Below are positions 12,870 through 25,690 of a DNA stretch of 64,000 nucleotides, one piece after another. The stretch covers positions 185,752,001 through 185,816,000 of the forward strand of contig NC_135881.1 of assembly GCF_964194155.1 (NCBI RefSeq). Reading direction: 5' to 3'. This DNA comes from Cetorhinus maximus (Eukaryota). A program made the translations under genes and the position numbers. The notes under the pieces are model-generated. The model was not told the DNA's origin, made no database searches, and saw only the letters and a list, made by a program, of their open reading frames with translations. Each line of letters opens with the position of its first letter. The stretch's first letter is position 1.

Positions 12870-14130
12870 CTTACAACACAGAAAACCATTCAGCCTATCA
12901 TGTCTGTAGTGGCAGAAAAAGAGCAATCCAGCATAATCCCATTTTCCTGCTCATTGTAGCCCTGTAGGTTACAGCACTTTGGGTACATATTATCAAAGTA
13001 TTTTTAAATGCAATCTCTATTACCCTTTCAGGCAATGAGTTCCAGACACCATCCCCTCTGGGTGAAACCTCAGTCTATCCAATCTTTCCTCATAGCTAAA
13101 ACTCTAAATAGCTAAATTTACATAGTTCTATCCTAACCTCCCTGCGCTTATATTCTATGCCTCAGTTAATAAAGTATGCCTTCTTATCCACCTATCCATC
13201 CTGTTACCTTCAAGGGTCAGTGGACATGTATCCCAAGGTCCCTCTGTTTCTCTACACTTTCAATATCCTACCATTGTATATTTCCCTGCCATGTTTTCCC
13301 TCCCCAAACGCATAACCTCTCACTTCTCTGGAATGAATTCCATTTGCCACTTTTCAGCCAATCCATTGATATCTTCCTGCAGTCTGCTGCTTTCTTCCTC
13401 AGCATCAACCACACAACCATTTTTTATATTACTTACAAACTTCTTAGTCATGTCCTCCACATTTAAGTATAAATCGTTGACATATATATATACACCACTA
13501 AAAGCAAGGGATCCAGTTCTGAGCCCTGCAGAAATCCAATGGAAACAGCCTTCCAGTCACAAAAATGCCCTTTAACCATTACCGTTTCCTGCCACAAAGC
13601 CACCTCTGGATCCAACTTGCCACTTTGCCTTGGATCCCACTTGCCACTTTGCCTTGGATCTCATGGGCTTTTACTTTTCTGACCAGTCTGCCATGTGGTA
13701 ACTTGTCAAAAGCCTTGCTGAAATCTATGTACACTACATCAAATGTGCTACATTCATCAATTCTCCTTGCTATCTCCTCAGAAAATTCACTCAAATTAGT
13801 CAGACATGACCTTCCCTTAACAAATCCATGCTGCCCTTGATTAATCTGTACATTTCTAAATTATGATTTATTCTGTCAGTCAGAATTTTTTTGCAATAAT
13901 TTGCCCACCACTGAGGTTAGGCTGACTGGCCTATAATTACTTGGCCTATCCCTTCCTTTTTAAACAACAGTACAATGTTAGTGGTCCACTGGTCTTCCAG
14001 CTGAACACCTGTAGGCAGAAAGGATTGGAAAACGATAGTCAGAGCCTCCACTATTTCTCCCTTGCTTCACTCAGTAAGCAGCTTGGAAAACATTTAATCT
14101 CAGTCTGGCAGTTTTTACATGTTCAAAGAT
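12870..14130 (-). mobile_element. CR1 LINE RT fragment
   Basis: ORF 13579-13794: DVVYIDFSKAFDKLPHGRLVRKVKAHEIQG...WIQRWLCGRKR. Confidence 0.85.
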
Positions 14131-15830
14131 ACTAAGCACAATTTTCATTTTATTTGTTCTTGGGATTGCAAGTGTCACTGGTAAGGCCAGCATTTATTGC
14201 CCATCCCTAGCTGTCCTTGACACTGTGGCCATGAGCCACCTTCTTGAACTGCTGTAATCCACAGTGTAGATGTACCCACAATGCTGTTAGGCAGGGAGTT
14301 CCATGATTATGCCCAGTTAGTGGAGGAACGGCAATATAGTTCTGAGTCAGGATGATGAGAGACTTGCTGGGGAACTTGCAGGTAGTGGTGTTCCCATGCA
14401 TCATGCTACCCTAGGTGGCAGAGATTTAAGGTTTGGTAGGGCTGTCAAAGGAGCATTGGTGAATTGCTGCAGTGCATCTTGTAGATGGTACACACTGCTG
14501 CCACTAACACTGGTGGTGGTGGAAGTGATAGTGGATGGGGTGCCGATCAAGCTAGCAACTTGGTTTTAAGCTTCACAAATGTTTTTAGAGTTCCGTTCAC
14601 CCAAAAGTAGAGCGTGATTACCCATTGTTTGTTTCTCAGTTCAACATGTATGGCCTCATTTTTAGATCCTTCTAGCATCTCTCTTCAAAACGGATATTGT
14701 TTCTTTAACCAGTATGCTGCAGTGCAGTCTGCAGATTCTATACACTGCAGCTATATGTCAATGGCAGAGGGAGAAAATGTTTAAACTAGTGGTGGAGTGC
14801 CGAGCAAGCAGACTGCTTTGCCTGGTTAATTGAGCTTCTCGGGTAATGTTGGGGTTGAACTTGTGCAGAGTTTTCCACCACACTCCTGACCTGTGCTTTG
14901 TAAGTAGCAGAGAATTTTGGAGACAGAAGCAAATACTGTAGATGCTGGAAATCTGAAGTACAAAAAAAATGCTGGAAATACTCAGCAGGTCAGGCAGTAT
15001 CTGTGGAGAGAAAAACAGAATTAACATTTCAGGTCAATGACCTTTCATCAACTGGTTGAGTTCAATTTCTGGACAATGGCGAGCTTCATACCACTGTGGG
15101 CAACTACCAGGCGGAAGTCTGACATTTTTTCACATGGAGCAAAAAATAAAACAATTGGACTAATAGTTGTGATCGATAATTTGATTTTAACAGGGCTCTT
15201 ATTTGCTCCATGGTTCTGTCTTCCAGTAGCATTTGCTTGTCTTCTTTTGCTAAAAGGCATAAGGAATAGCCATGAATTGCAGTTTGATGTATAAATCTGT
15301 AGATCATGACAGAAGGTCCAAAGACATATGGTGCAACAAATCCACACAAAGATAAAGGGAACTGCAACTGACTCTGAGCTATACTGTGAGCATCTTTGGA
15401 CTGGCCAATTCCAATCAAAGAGATAAACATTTCAGAGGTACCACATAGCAGACTGGTCAGAAAAGTAAAAGCCCATGGGATCCAAGGCAAAGTGGCAAGT
15501 TGGATCCAGAGATTTCAGAACTCTCTCCCAAGCAGTTATCATCATCCAGAACTCTTCTTTGGCTAGCCTTTCAGGGTTACTCTTCAGTTACCGCAGAATG
15601 GTTAGAGCATTTGTCAGGATCATGGTGACGATTTTCCCCTTGTTCAATTTTTGCATCTCTTTCAGTGCTTCCAGCAATCAACAAAATGTGTGTCAAGGAC
15701 ACTTGCTAATGGTTACCTTTGTCTCCAACTTCACCCTATTACGCCTACGAAGAAAAGTTCTACATCTCAGGAATGACAGAGGGCTTCAGTAGGTCTTTCA
15801 TGCAGAGAAGTATAATTTTGTGCACAAGTA

Positions 15831-16482
15831 GGGCAGGATTTTGAGTTTGGCGGGTGGGCGGGCGCAGTTGGCGAGCCTAGGAAATGGGCTGCTGCCCACG
15901 ATCAGCCCCCAACTGCGATTTCATGCAGGCTAGCCAATTAACGACCAGCCAGCGTAAAAGGTGCATTGAAATGCTCAGTGCTGCCGGGGTGGGGGCGGGA
16001 GGAGGGCGAGCGCTGAAGTCAGCGCAGGGGAGTGCTCACAGAAAGCTCCCTGAAGGCAGAGAGCTGTCTCAGGGAGCTGAAGAATTCAAAAGCCACAAAG
16101 ATTTTCAAATGCCAAAAAAAATGTGCATGCATCAGCATCAGTCACCCGAACATATAGCTGATGTAAATTCTGTCCAAACATTATCTTTCTTTAATTAATA
16201 TCAGAAACCTCATCCCGCCCTTGGATGAGGTTTGCTCAAAAAGGCAAAGGCCGTCTGGCCGATTTGCTGGCCCGCCAACCATAACACTGGACAGGCAAGA
16301 AAAATCACCATTGATTAATATGTTAATGACCTTAATAAGCCTCTTAATTGTCGGCAGACGCGCTGCCGACCCTTGCGCGCGTCCACCAACCAAAATATTG
16401 CGCAAGTGCAAAACGTCGGGATGTTCACCTGATGCCATCATGCTCGAGCGCACGCCTACACGCTGAGCCAAAAATTCTGCCT
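15831..16482. mobile_element. Harbinger-like MITE (~650 bp)
   Basis: TIRs gggcaggatttt / aaaattctgcc; same family as 46528-47167, in the opposite orientation. Confidence 0.65.
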
Positions 16483-16831
16483 ATAGTCTCTTCTCATTTG
16501 TAAACAGTAACCCAACTGATCATTGCCAGAATGTTATTTTCTATTCCAACCCCGTTTCAGTCAGGCAAATCAGTAATTAGACCATCAGAAAGTGTGTGTT
16601 TGTAGCTAAAAGGCACATGTGCAATTCGGGACAATGAAACTAGTTAGTCTGTCAAAAGTTAATAGATCTGAATGCAAGTTTTAAAGTGGTTTGATGTATA
16701 CAGGTACAACACATTACAAACTAAAAAAAGAAAATTTATAGACCAGTAATGGTGTAGGTTGAGAGTTTTACAATACAATTTACAAGTACAGAAATATTTC
16801 AAAGATTCCAGATGTCTGTTTAAAATGGTAG

Positions 16832-16837
16832 TTTATT
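16832..16837 (-). terminator. Candidate METTL6 polyadenylation signal (AATAAA)
   Basis: tttatt on the + strand, ~880 nt past the METTL6 stop; motif only. Confidence 0.35.
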
Positions 16838-17716
16838 AATACAAATGGTAGCAAATGTCAGAAGACTTTATAAAACTTCCAATATGACACACTTTATAAA
16901 AGTGTAGTTGAGGGAAGAGGGAGAGCTTCCTAAAATTCCAAACTGGCTTCATGGAGTACAATAATTTTGTGATTTTTTCTAAATTCCAAGTTTATGAAAT
17001 TCTTCATTTTAATTCCTGTTGGTTCTGGTCTCTTCAGGCCGAGCTGAAAATGTTGGCAGATAATCTGCTCGTAAATTTTCAAATCAGTGTTGCCCTGAGT
17101 GAGCTGTTAAGAAGCCCACAGGAGCAGCCATGAAGTTCCTCTCTTTCAACTTTCCTGCACCTGTGTGGGAAGACACTGAACCTCTGCTCAGCAATCCTCA
17201 TACAGGCAGCAGCACAGCTGACGATAGCCAAATCATTCCCAACTCCTACTGCAGATTTCCAAGGCACCATTTACACTGCAGCATAGGCACACAGGGTGAC
17301 CAACTCTCAGGAAGAAAAAATTAAGGGACATTGTAGCAGGGGGAACCACATGAGTGGGCAGGAGTTGCTGGTGAACCTGTGAGAACAGGGTAGTGGGGGT
17401 GCGGGCTGCAGGTAGACCTGTCAGATCGTGCAGCCAGGAACAGTGCAAATGCAGAGAAGCGTATTGTGCGTGCGCAAAATTTAAAGGTCTGAAAAACGGG
17501 ACAAACATCATCCTGGCAACATACAGCCAAGGACATGGGACAAACCTCAATTAAAGGACGGTCCCATAAAATCCAGGATTGTTGGTCATCCTGTTGGTAC
17601 ATGGGCAGGTGTAGGTTTCTCTGCCTGTTTTCCCTGCCAGGGTACTATGCACAGCAAGGTGCTCTAGAGGGAAATGTCAAAATATTATACTTTAACAAGA
17701 CAGCAGCAGTAACATT

Positions 17717-17871
17717 TCAACATGAATGTATTCTCTCTGGCTTCTTAAACTTGCATTGAAGAAAAACTCTTGGAACACACAGACCTTCTCTCTTATTAAC
17801 AGTTTCACGGAACACATATTCATTGACCAGCACCTCATACCCAGCAGCCGTCAGGAGCTTTGTCACGTATT
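17717..17871 (-). CDS. METTL6: METTL6 last coding exon (tRNA m3C methyltransferase)
   Basis: ctctag| acceptor; (E)YVTKLLTAAGYEVLVNEYVFRETVNKREGLCVPRVFLQCKFKKPERIHSC* matches human ...NEYVFRETVNKKEGLCVPRVFLQSKF; phase fits the previous exon. Not in the ORF track. Confidence 0.95.
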
Positions 17872-19404
17872 CTAGAGTGAAAATATACAAAATAAGTACA
17901 AGGTTTTAGAATGAACTTCTACAGAGGTGCAACCTCCAAACTCCATCACAGAAAAATAAATAATTCCTGAGATAATAGATATATCTATTATTGTATGCTT
18001 GTCCCAATAAAATATATGTTTTGCTACATAATAGATTAATTTCATTTTATATCACATATAGATGATCATCGAACCTACTGGAATGTTAAAGCAAAATACA
18101 GCAAATGCTGGAAATCTGAAATAAAACAGTGTTGGAAACACTCAGCAGATCTGGCAGCATCTGTGGAGAGAGAAACAGAATTAATGTTTTGAGTCAAATA
18201 TGACTCTTCTTCAGAACTGAAAGAAGGTAAAATTTGATGGGTTTTATGCTGTTGAAGATGGGGTAGAGTATTGGGGGGGGGGTGCGGTGGTGTGTGGGTG
18301 TGTGCGTATGTGTGTGGAGAACAAAAGGGAAGTCTGGGATAGGTTAGAGGGCCGGGAGAGATTAAATAACAAAGATATTAAGGAACAAGAGGCTAAGGGA
18401 GTGATCATGGTTGTGGTAAAAAAACAAAGCATTGTCCAGAGTGAGTGTTAATGGCAGGATAATAAACAGCTCTGCCTGAAAGCAAAAACATGAAAACAAG
18501 ATACAGATTGGCAGCTGGAAAAAATAAACTACTAGAATGGTAGACCCTGAGAATTTTTCCTATCAACCACAGCAAGACGACAATTTTAGGAAACTGCCTT
18601 GCATTTTCATGGCTTTTCTGATTAATTAGCCAAACCTCAGCACTTTTTGAGAAAATTTGCAACTTGTATGGTGTAATAATGCAAGAGTGACCAGGAAACC
18701 ACAGTATTAATATTAGTCATCAACCTCTACAGGTATCACAGAAAGAGGAGTTTGTTGTAAGGGAGAAAAAGTAATAGAGGCTGATCACCTCCAATAAAGG
18801 CAGAGTCCAAGGAGAGTGCCAAATGCAGGACAGCTGGAAAAAAACAATGAAAAATTGGATAACGGTGATAAAGGAGTCCTCTTGTGAACAACAATCTCTA
18901 GAAACATTGTAAGGAAGGGCCTTTCAAAGAAGAAACATCAATGATCCTGAGGAAGAATTTGCACTGAAATACAACATCATAATGTAAATGAAAAATAATA
19001 AGAAAATGGACCAGGTCAATTGTGCAATGGCAATGGTGAAAATAGCAGCTAATAAAAACCCTGAGGCTGAACACATGATGTGTAACAAAAGGATTAAATT
19101 TAAGATGGTGCACCCAGAATTGGGAAAAAGTTTTAATTACTTTAAGTTAAAGATGCTGGTGTAGTTATTTTGACTCCAATTTACATAAGCAACTATGAAA
19201 AGCACCAAATAGTTTGCTTTATAAAAGATAAGCTTCAGCCTTGAAGTTACGGTTGCGATGGTATCTGGTAGAAAATCAATTCGAACTGTTTGAAACACTT
19301 TGTTTTAATTGAATTAGAGTTTTAAAAACTCTTGTTGTTTCATGCAGTTTAAATTAAAGATGAGTGCTATTATTTTAAATCAATTTAAACATTTACAGAA
19401 CAAT

Positions 19405-19874
19405 GGGCTGTAACCTCTAACTAGCGTCGGAAAGTGCTGGCCCGCAGAAATAAGAAGAAATAAATACCTACTTACCTGGTTTTGAAAATTACGTTGACAC
19501 TTCCGATTGCTGGAGCTGCCTGGGGCTTACATCGAAAGACTCCTCACAGGCCCCAGCAAAATGCAGCTCCAGCGTATTCGTGGAGACCATGCCCCTTTTT
19601 TTTTTTACAGCACTTGCTGCCGTAAAGCAAATAAGTTTAAAGGGCCTGGGAAATTGACAGGCCAGGGGAGGATAAGTGTCCAAGGTAGGAGGGGAGGGGA
19701 GTTGGGGCAGGGGGACTCGGGGGATTTGAGGTCGGGGCGGGGGGAATGGGGGGGAGAATGGGTTTGAGTTCGGGGCCGGGGGGTGGGGGTCTGAGGTCGG
19801 GGCGTGGGACTGGGAGGGTCTGAAGTCGGGGCGTGGGACTGGCGGGGGTCTGAGGTCACGGTGGGGGGGGGGGG

Positions 19875-19912
<38 letters not shown>

Positions 19913-20330
19913 GGGGGTGGAATGAGTGGGTGTGAGGTTGGTGGGGGGCGGGGGGGTATCTAAGGTCAGGGTTGGGGGTCTGAGGTCAAGGACAGAGTTG
20001 GGGGTCCCAGGTTGGGGGTGGAGGTGGGGAGGGGAAGAATCCAGTGGGGTCGGCCTGGGTCTTTACAATAGTTACTCCGAAGTTAGAAGAGGTTTTAATA
20101 CTAACTTTTTCTGGGTAATTATTGCTATAACCCTGGCGGAACCATCCAAAGTTTGCGATTTAAACCACATTTTCAGATGGTTCCCAGCACAGCGCATTTG
20201 TACAGAGGAAGTTTGCATTTCTGGACAATTGCTGTGCAAACCCTTACCTGGGAACTTGCCAGAGGGATTCCCCAGCACCTCTTTGGGGTACCCCCCAAAT
20301 CTGATGCTGGGAGCACAAAAATTACAGGCC
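19405..20330. mobile_element. GC-rich TIR element (Harbinger-like MITE) with G-rich/GT interior
   Basis: Termini gggctgtaa / ttacaggcc; inverted partial copy at ~22520-22928. Confidence 0.6.
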
Positions 20331-20572
20331 ATTATGTCTGTCGATGACACAAAGATAAGTAGCAACAAAAGCAGTGTAGATTGATGTTTAAAATTACTAA
20401 GATATTAATAAATTAAGTGAATGGACAAAACTGGCAAATGGATTTCAATGTAGACAAATGTGAAATCATTCACATTGGACCTAAAGTATAGAACAGAATA
20501 CTTTCTAATTGGTGAAAAGCTAGAAACAATGTAAAGCCAAAGAGGCTCGAGCGTCCACGTACATAACTAATT

Positions 20573-22430
20573 AATAATGTGGCTCATTAATTGGCTAGAG
20601 AAACAGCAATAAAAGGGACTCCATAGGAATCACTCACCTCACAAACACTGGCACCAGTGTGATCAAGTCTGGCCATACCTGATTTGAAAACCTATCAGGA
20701 TAATGATCCCAATGTGGTAATAACCAAAGAGGCTTTACAGTAAACTACAGGAAGGAACTGCTCCCTCCTTTGCATGAAATAAGGAGTCACTTGTCCTACA
20801 TGAAAAGCTTTTGCACTATAAGGATGGTCCCAAGATAATACGGGTCACACCGCACCATCTCAAAATATACATCAAATCTGTAAATACATCAAATGGCAAG
20901 GGGCGGAGGAGCATGCATCCGTTTTTCAGGTTATGGATATGTTACGCAGTTATTACCGGTGGGTAACGATGCTCCAGGATAGTCAGCATCGCCTAGCCTT
21001 GCATTTCATTCATGCCCAAATAAATCTAGCTACTGCAAAGCAAAAAGTTCCAATGGGTTTCTCCCACCTAAATAACGGTTCATGGGGAACATTACAGTTT
21101 AATTATAGGGGTCCATTGCCCACAGCAAAAAAAAAGTGGGGGGGTGCTATCAATTTAGTGTTATGACCACAGCCTATGTTATTCGCTGAGCAAGCTAAAT
21201 CCCAGAGGAAAACTTGACTTACTGATCATAACTTTCTTGTTTTTTTATTTTGAAAACGAGGGGAAAACTATTGATCCCACAAGCATAGAATCCCAATAAC
21301 ACTTTTAGGATTTTAAAATTAAAAGATTTATTAACAGGAAGAAAAAATTTAAACACACAAGATTAAAATTACAGTTGAAACATTCCGCAAAGAAAACCTA
21401 CTTGGTCAGAACACACAAGTAAACTACTTGACAACAGCTCCCTTATAGATTTTTAACCATAAAAACCCAGTAATATTACCCAAAGCAAAAACTGCTGCTG
21501 CTTTAAAAAAGTATACAACACGACTTCTCATTCTTCCACTCTGCGGTGGAAATCCAAAGGAAGTTCAGAAACAGTCTGCTTTCAGAGAACAAAGACTTTT
21601 CTGGCTTGAAACTGGATGGCTGCTTCAAATTCACAACTTTTTTCAGTACATCTCCCCCACATATCCACACCAACACAACTAAACATCACCCTTAAGTATC
21701 TTTTTTTCCCTTTCATCCTAGACTCCATTGTCCTAAGCACCTCTTTGAACTCAGCTTTTTCAAAATATAAAAATCTTTCATGTCTTCCACTTTCAGGTCA
21801 AATAAAATTTAATAACCTTCCCTTGTTTATTTATGAAACCTTTGTAAGTTGTTAAAGTCCCTTAAACTCCCTTTGAAATTTGGCAGCTGAAAAGTCAAGA
21901 CCTTACCTATCACCTAATGCAAATTTTAAAACCCAACCTATTTACTTGTACTTCCAGCTTCACCATAGCCTCTCATTACAAATACATGCATATAGCACCT
22001 TTATCTTTCATCTCTCAGTTCCCATAGACAAGTTGTCTTTACTAACCTTCCCCCAGTTTAATTACCCATGGACACACACACAGCCTTCTTTACAGAATAC
22101 CACCGTATTCCCCAAAATATTTAAAAAAAGATAACATCCATCCTCACCTTAGTCATTATTGATATATTTATCAGGTGGATCACAGCTTTCTCAGCCTATA
22201 AAAATGCTGTTACCACAATGGGACAAAATTTTTACCTGATGGAGTTTTCCAAAAAGGATAACAAGAAATAATGGCTCACATTTTAGAGCAAAAGTGCTGC
22301 AACACCTGTGACGCCTGGTCAGTGTGGACTAACATTTCTACATTCCCTACTGCCTGCGGTCTAATGGCATAGTGGAATGCTTTAATCTAAAGATAGGACT
22401 AAGGAAATCTATCATGGGGGATTTGATAGA
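20573..22430 (+). mobile_element. Retroviral/LTR-element pol fossil (RNase H end plus integrase), interrupted
   Basis: NNVAH*LARETAIKGTP* (RNase H end); DLKTYQDNDP; LRSYYRWVTMLQD...GSWGTLQFNYRGPLP; after the insert, LVIIDIFIRWITAF...NNGSHF...FYIPYCLRSNGIVECFN (integrase core). Confidence 0.75.
21159..22148 (-). mobile_element. Solo-LTR-like element inserted into the integrase
   Basis: Begins TGTTATG, with ataaca near the far end; TTAG duplicated at 21155-21158 and 22149-22152; AATAAA on the - strand near 21327. Confidence 0.55.
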
Positions 22431-24489
22431 TTTGGTCAAGACCAATTGTTGATTGGATTACTGCTTTGCCAGATGTTTTGATGGCCATTCACCCCAGACC
22501 AGCGAGCTCCATGGGTCACAGTCCGTTTGAACCGACCTCCGACCCCCCACTCCCCAGACACCCCACCATACCCCCCGACCTCCGACATCCTCCTGGACCT
22601 TGGACGCACCCCCCCCACCCCGAACCTCCAACCAACTCCCATGAACCACCCCCCAAATCCTATCCACTTACCTTAAACACTTACCTTCCCCCGGCCTGTC
22701 AATTTCCCTGGCACTATAAACTTACCTACTTTAGGGCAGCAAGTGCCGTCAAAAAGGGGGTGTAGTCTCCTTGAATCCGCTGGAGCTAGACTTTGCTGGC
22801 GCCTGCGAGGGGTCTTTCAATACAGGCCCCAAGCAGCTCCGGCAAATGGAAGTGTCAAGACCAGGTAAGTGTGCTTACCTAATTCCTGCGGGCCAGCACT
22901 TTCCGACGCTAGTTGGTAGTTACGGCCCATTGTTTTAGTGAAAAGCTCATATATTCTTCAGTTATATTCAATGTTTTTATTTGGAAAGACACCCGAAGGA
23001 AAGGAAAGGTGACCAAATTTACAGTAAGCATGTGCTATTCTATTTTATCTATATTATGTAGTTAGTAAAATATTTGTCTGAATTAACTTGGAATTATTGA
23101 TGTTAGTTAACCTATTAAATTGTGAAAACCAAACTTTTTGTGTAGCCACCGTGACATTTTGTTTTTTGTAAATTATATGAAATTATCACATAAACAGTTG
23201 GATTTTTTGAATTTTTGACCAATGTGAAGGACTCCGTGATTTGAGGTAGTTCTGACTGTTTAATCATTTTGACACTACAATAAAATGTGGGGGAAAATGG
23301 GAGAAAGCTATTGAGCAGCCTGGTAATGATCTAAAGACATATAATTGGATTGTCCCACAGAATTGTTTCACATGGTTTAAAATTAATGGTGGTGTTGCTA
23401 ATGATTTCCGCCACTTTTAACTGATCTTTAATTCATAGGAGCAAATAAAAATTTGGTAACATTTTTATGCCTTTGTGGCTCTTATTTAGAAAATTGGAAG
23501 TCAAGAAGCTGAAATTTAATTCTGAATTTAATTGTATCATGAATTTTTGAGGAACAAAAACTCCAAGAAGAAGTTTGGTTAAGTAAAATTTCAACTTGTA
23601 CCAACATTAGATCGATGCTTTAAAGATATCATCATAATGGTGCATTGAAGAATAAGTTCCCTTTAGAATTCATGAATGAATTGAATTGGTAATTACTGAA
23701 TAAGAAAGAGTGATTCAGAATGCAAGATAGAAACAGGGAAATTACACAACCAAATAGGAATCTTTTCTAAAATTTTCTTTGGTGAATTGGAATAAATCAC
23801 CCAAGTGCAATTCCCTAAAAGATATCGATCTGATAACTATTCTTGACTTTCACTAGAATGTAAGAATAGTAAATTGATAGCTTTCTCCTGGAGGTGTTTG
23901 TGTCTTAGCCTATGAACAATAAGAGAACCACATTTGGTAGCCTAGCCACTACCCGAGACATTGGAACCATGCAAGGGGAGATGAGCAAAGATCTCCAGGC
24001 GTCCCTTTGATCTTTTGATAAGAGCACCTTAAAACCCAAAAATGGCTGGTTTTAGATGTCACGTGTGATATTGGGATTCTGGTGTGTGATTTGTTACATA
24101 TGAAAAAACGAACATGCAGAAATACATGGTGAATTTGGACTCGAATGGGTCTCAGATGTCCTCAGTTATCGACAGAAGTAGTATATGAAATGGTAAATAT
24201 GGCTCAGGAATCACAGAACTGTAGAATGGTTTACAGCACAGGAGGCCACCATTTAGCCCACTGTATCCATGCTGGCACTCTGCAACAGTAACTTCAGCTA
24301 GTACCACTCCCATGCCCTTACCTAGTAGCCCTGCAATTTTTTCTCTTCCGGTGCTTATCCGATTCCTTTTTGAAAGCCATGACTGAATCTAACCCAGCCA
24401 CACAGGACAGTGAAACGATTTTTTAAACTATCAAGGCACTGACACATATTTCATCAAATAACCATCATCGAAAACACCCTGTTTTTAAA

Positions 24490-25690
24490 TAGCACCTTTA
24501 ACATAATTAAAAAGTCCCAAGATGCTTCACAGGAGCGTTAAAAAGCAAAATTTGACACTGAGCTACAAGAGATATTAGAGCAAATGACTAAAATCTTGAT
24601 CAGAGAAGTAGTTTTAAGAAGCACCTTAAAGGAGGAAAGGAAGGGGAGAGAGGTGGAGAGGGTTAGGAAGAGAATTCCATGCTTAGGGCCTTAGCAACTG
24701 AAGGCACAGCCACCAAGGTTAGTGCAATTAAAATCGGGATGCTCAAGAGGCCAAATTCAGAGCACTACAGGTATCTCAAAGGGTTGTGGGACTGGAAGAG
24801 ATAAGGAGGGGTGAGGTCATGGAGGGAATTGAAAACAAGGATGAGAATTTTAAAATCGAGACACTGCTTAACCAGGAGTCAATGTAGGTGAGCGAGCGTA
24901 GGGGTAATGGGTGAAGAGGACCTTGGTCAAAGGCAGCAGAGTTTTGGATAACCTCAGATTTACAGAGGGTAGGATGTGGGAGGCCAGCTAGGAGTGCATT
25001 GGAATAGTCAAGTCTAGAGGTAACAAAGGCACAGATGAGGATTTCAGCAGCAGATGAGCTATGGTGGGGTGGAGTTGAGCAATGACACAGAGATGGAAAT
25101 AGGTGGTCTTAGAGATGGCAGGGATATGTGGTCAGAAACCTCAAACAGTTCCCAGGGAAAGGGTTGGAGTCAGTAGCCACAGAATGAAGTTTGGAGTGGG
25201 GGGCCAAAGATAATATTTTGTCAGTTTTTCCAAGATTTAGATGGAGAAATGTTCTGCTCAGTTTGATCATTTAGAAACACTGAAGGAGTCAAGAGAGGTG
25301 GTAGTGAGGTATGGCTGAGTGTCATCGGCTTACATGTGAAAATTAACTTTGTGTTTTGGACGATATTGCCAAGGGATAGCACGTAGATGAGAATAGGAGG
25401 GGTCAAGGATATATCCTTTGGGGTCACCAGAAGTAATGGTATAGGAAGGGGAAGAAAAGTCATTGCAAATGATTCTCTGGCACAATTAGTTGGATAAAAA
25501 TGGAATGAAACCAGGTGCAAGTAGTTCCACCCAGCTGGATGACAGAGGAGAGGCTTTGGAGGAGGATGATGTGGCCAACCATGCCAAACGTTGCAGACAG
25601 GTTGAGGAGGATGAGGAGGCATTGTTTACCTTTGTCACAGTCACATAGGATGTTATTTGTGTCTTTGATAAGAGTTGTTTAAACAGCATG
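24490..25690 (-). mobile_element. L2-like LINE fragment
   Basis: Decayed pyrimidine-rich RT and 3' region on the - strand; older similar pieces at ~30920-31900 and 39050-39750. Confidence 0.55.

Noticed and set aside
1-17000. SH3BP5 exons (human neighbour of METTL6)
   Set aside because: No recognisable SH3BP5 peptide or CpG-island first exon seen.
17130-17759. Short ORFs near the METTL6 stop
   Set aside because: Lie within or antisense to the probable 3' UTR; no homology recognised.
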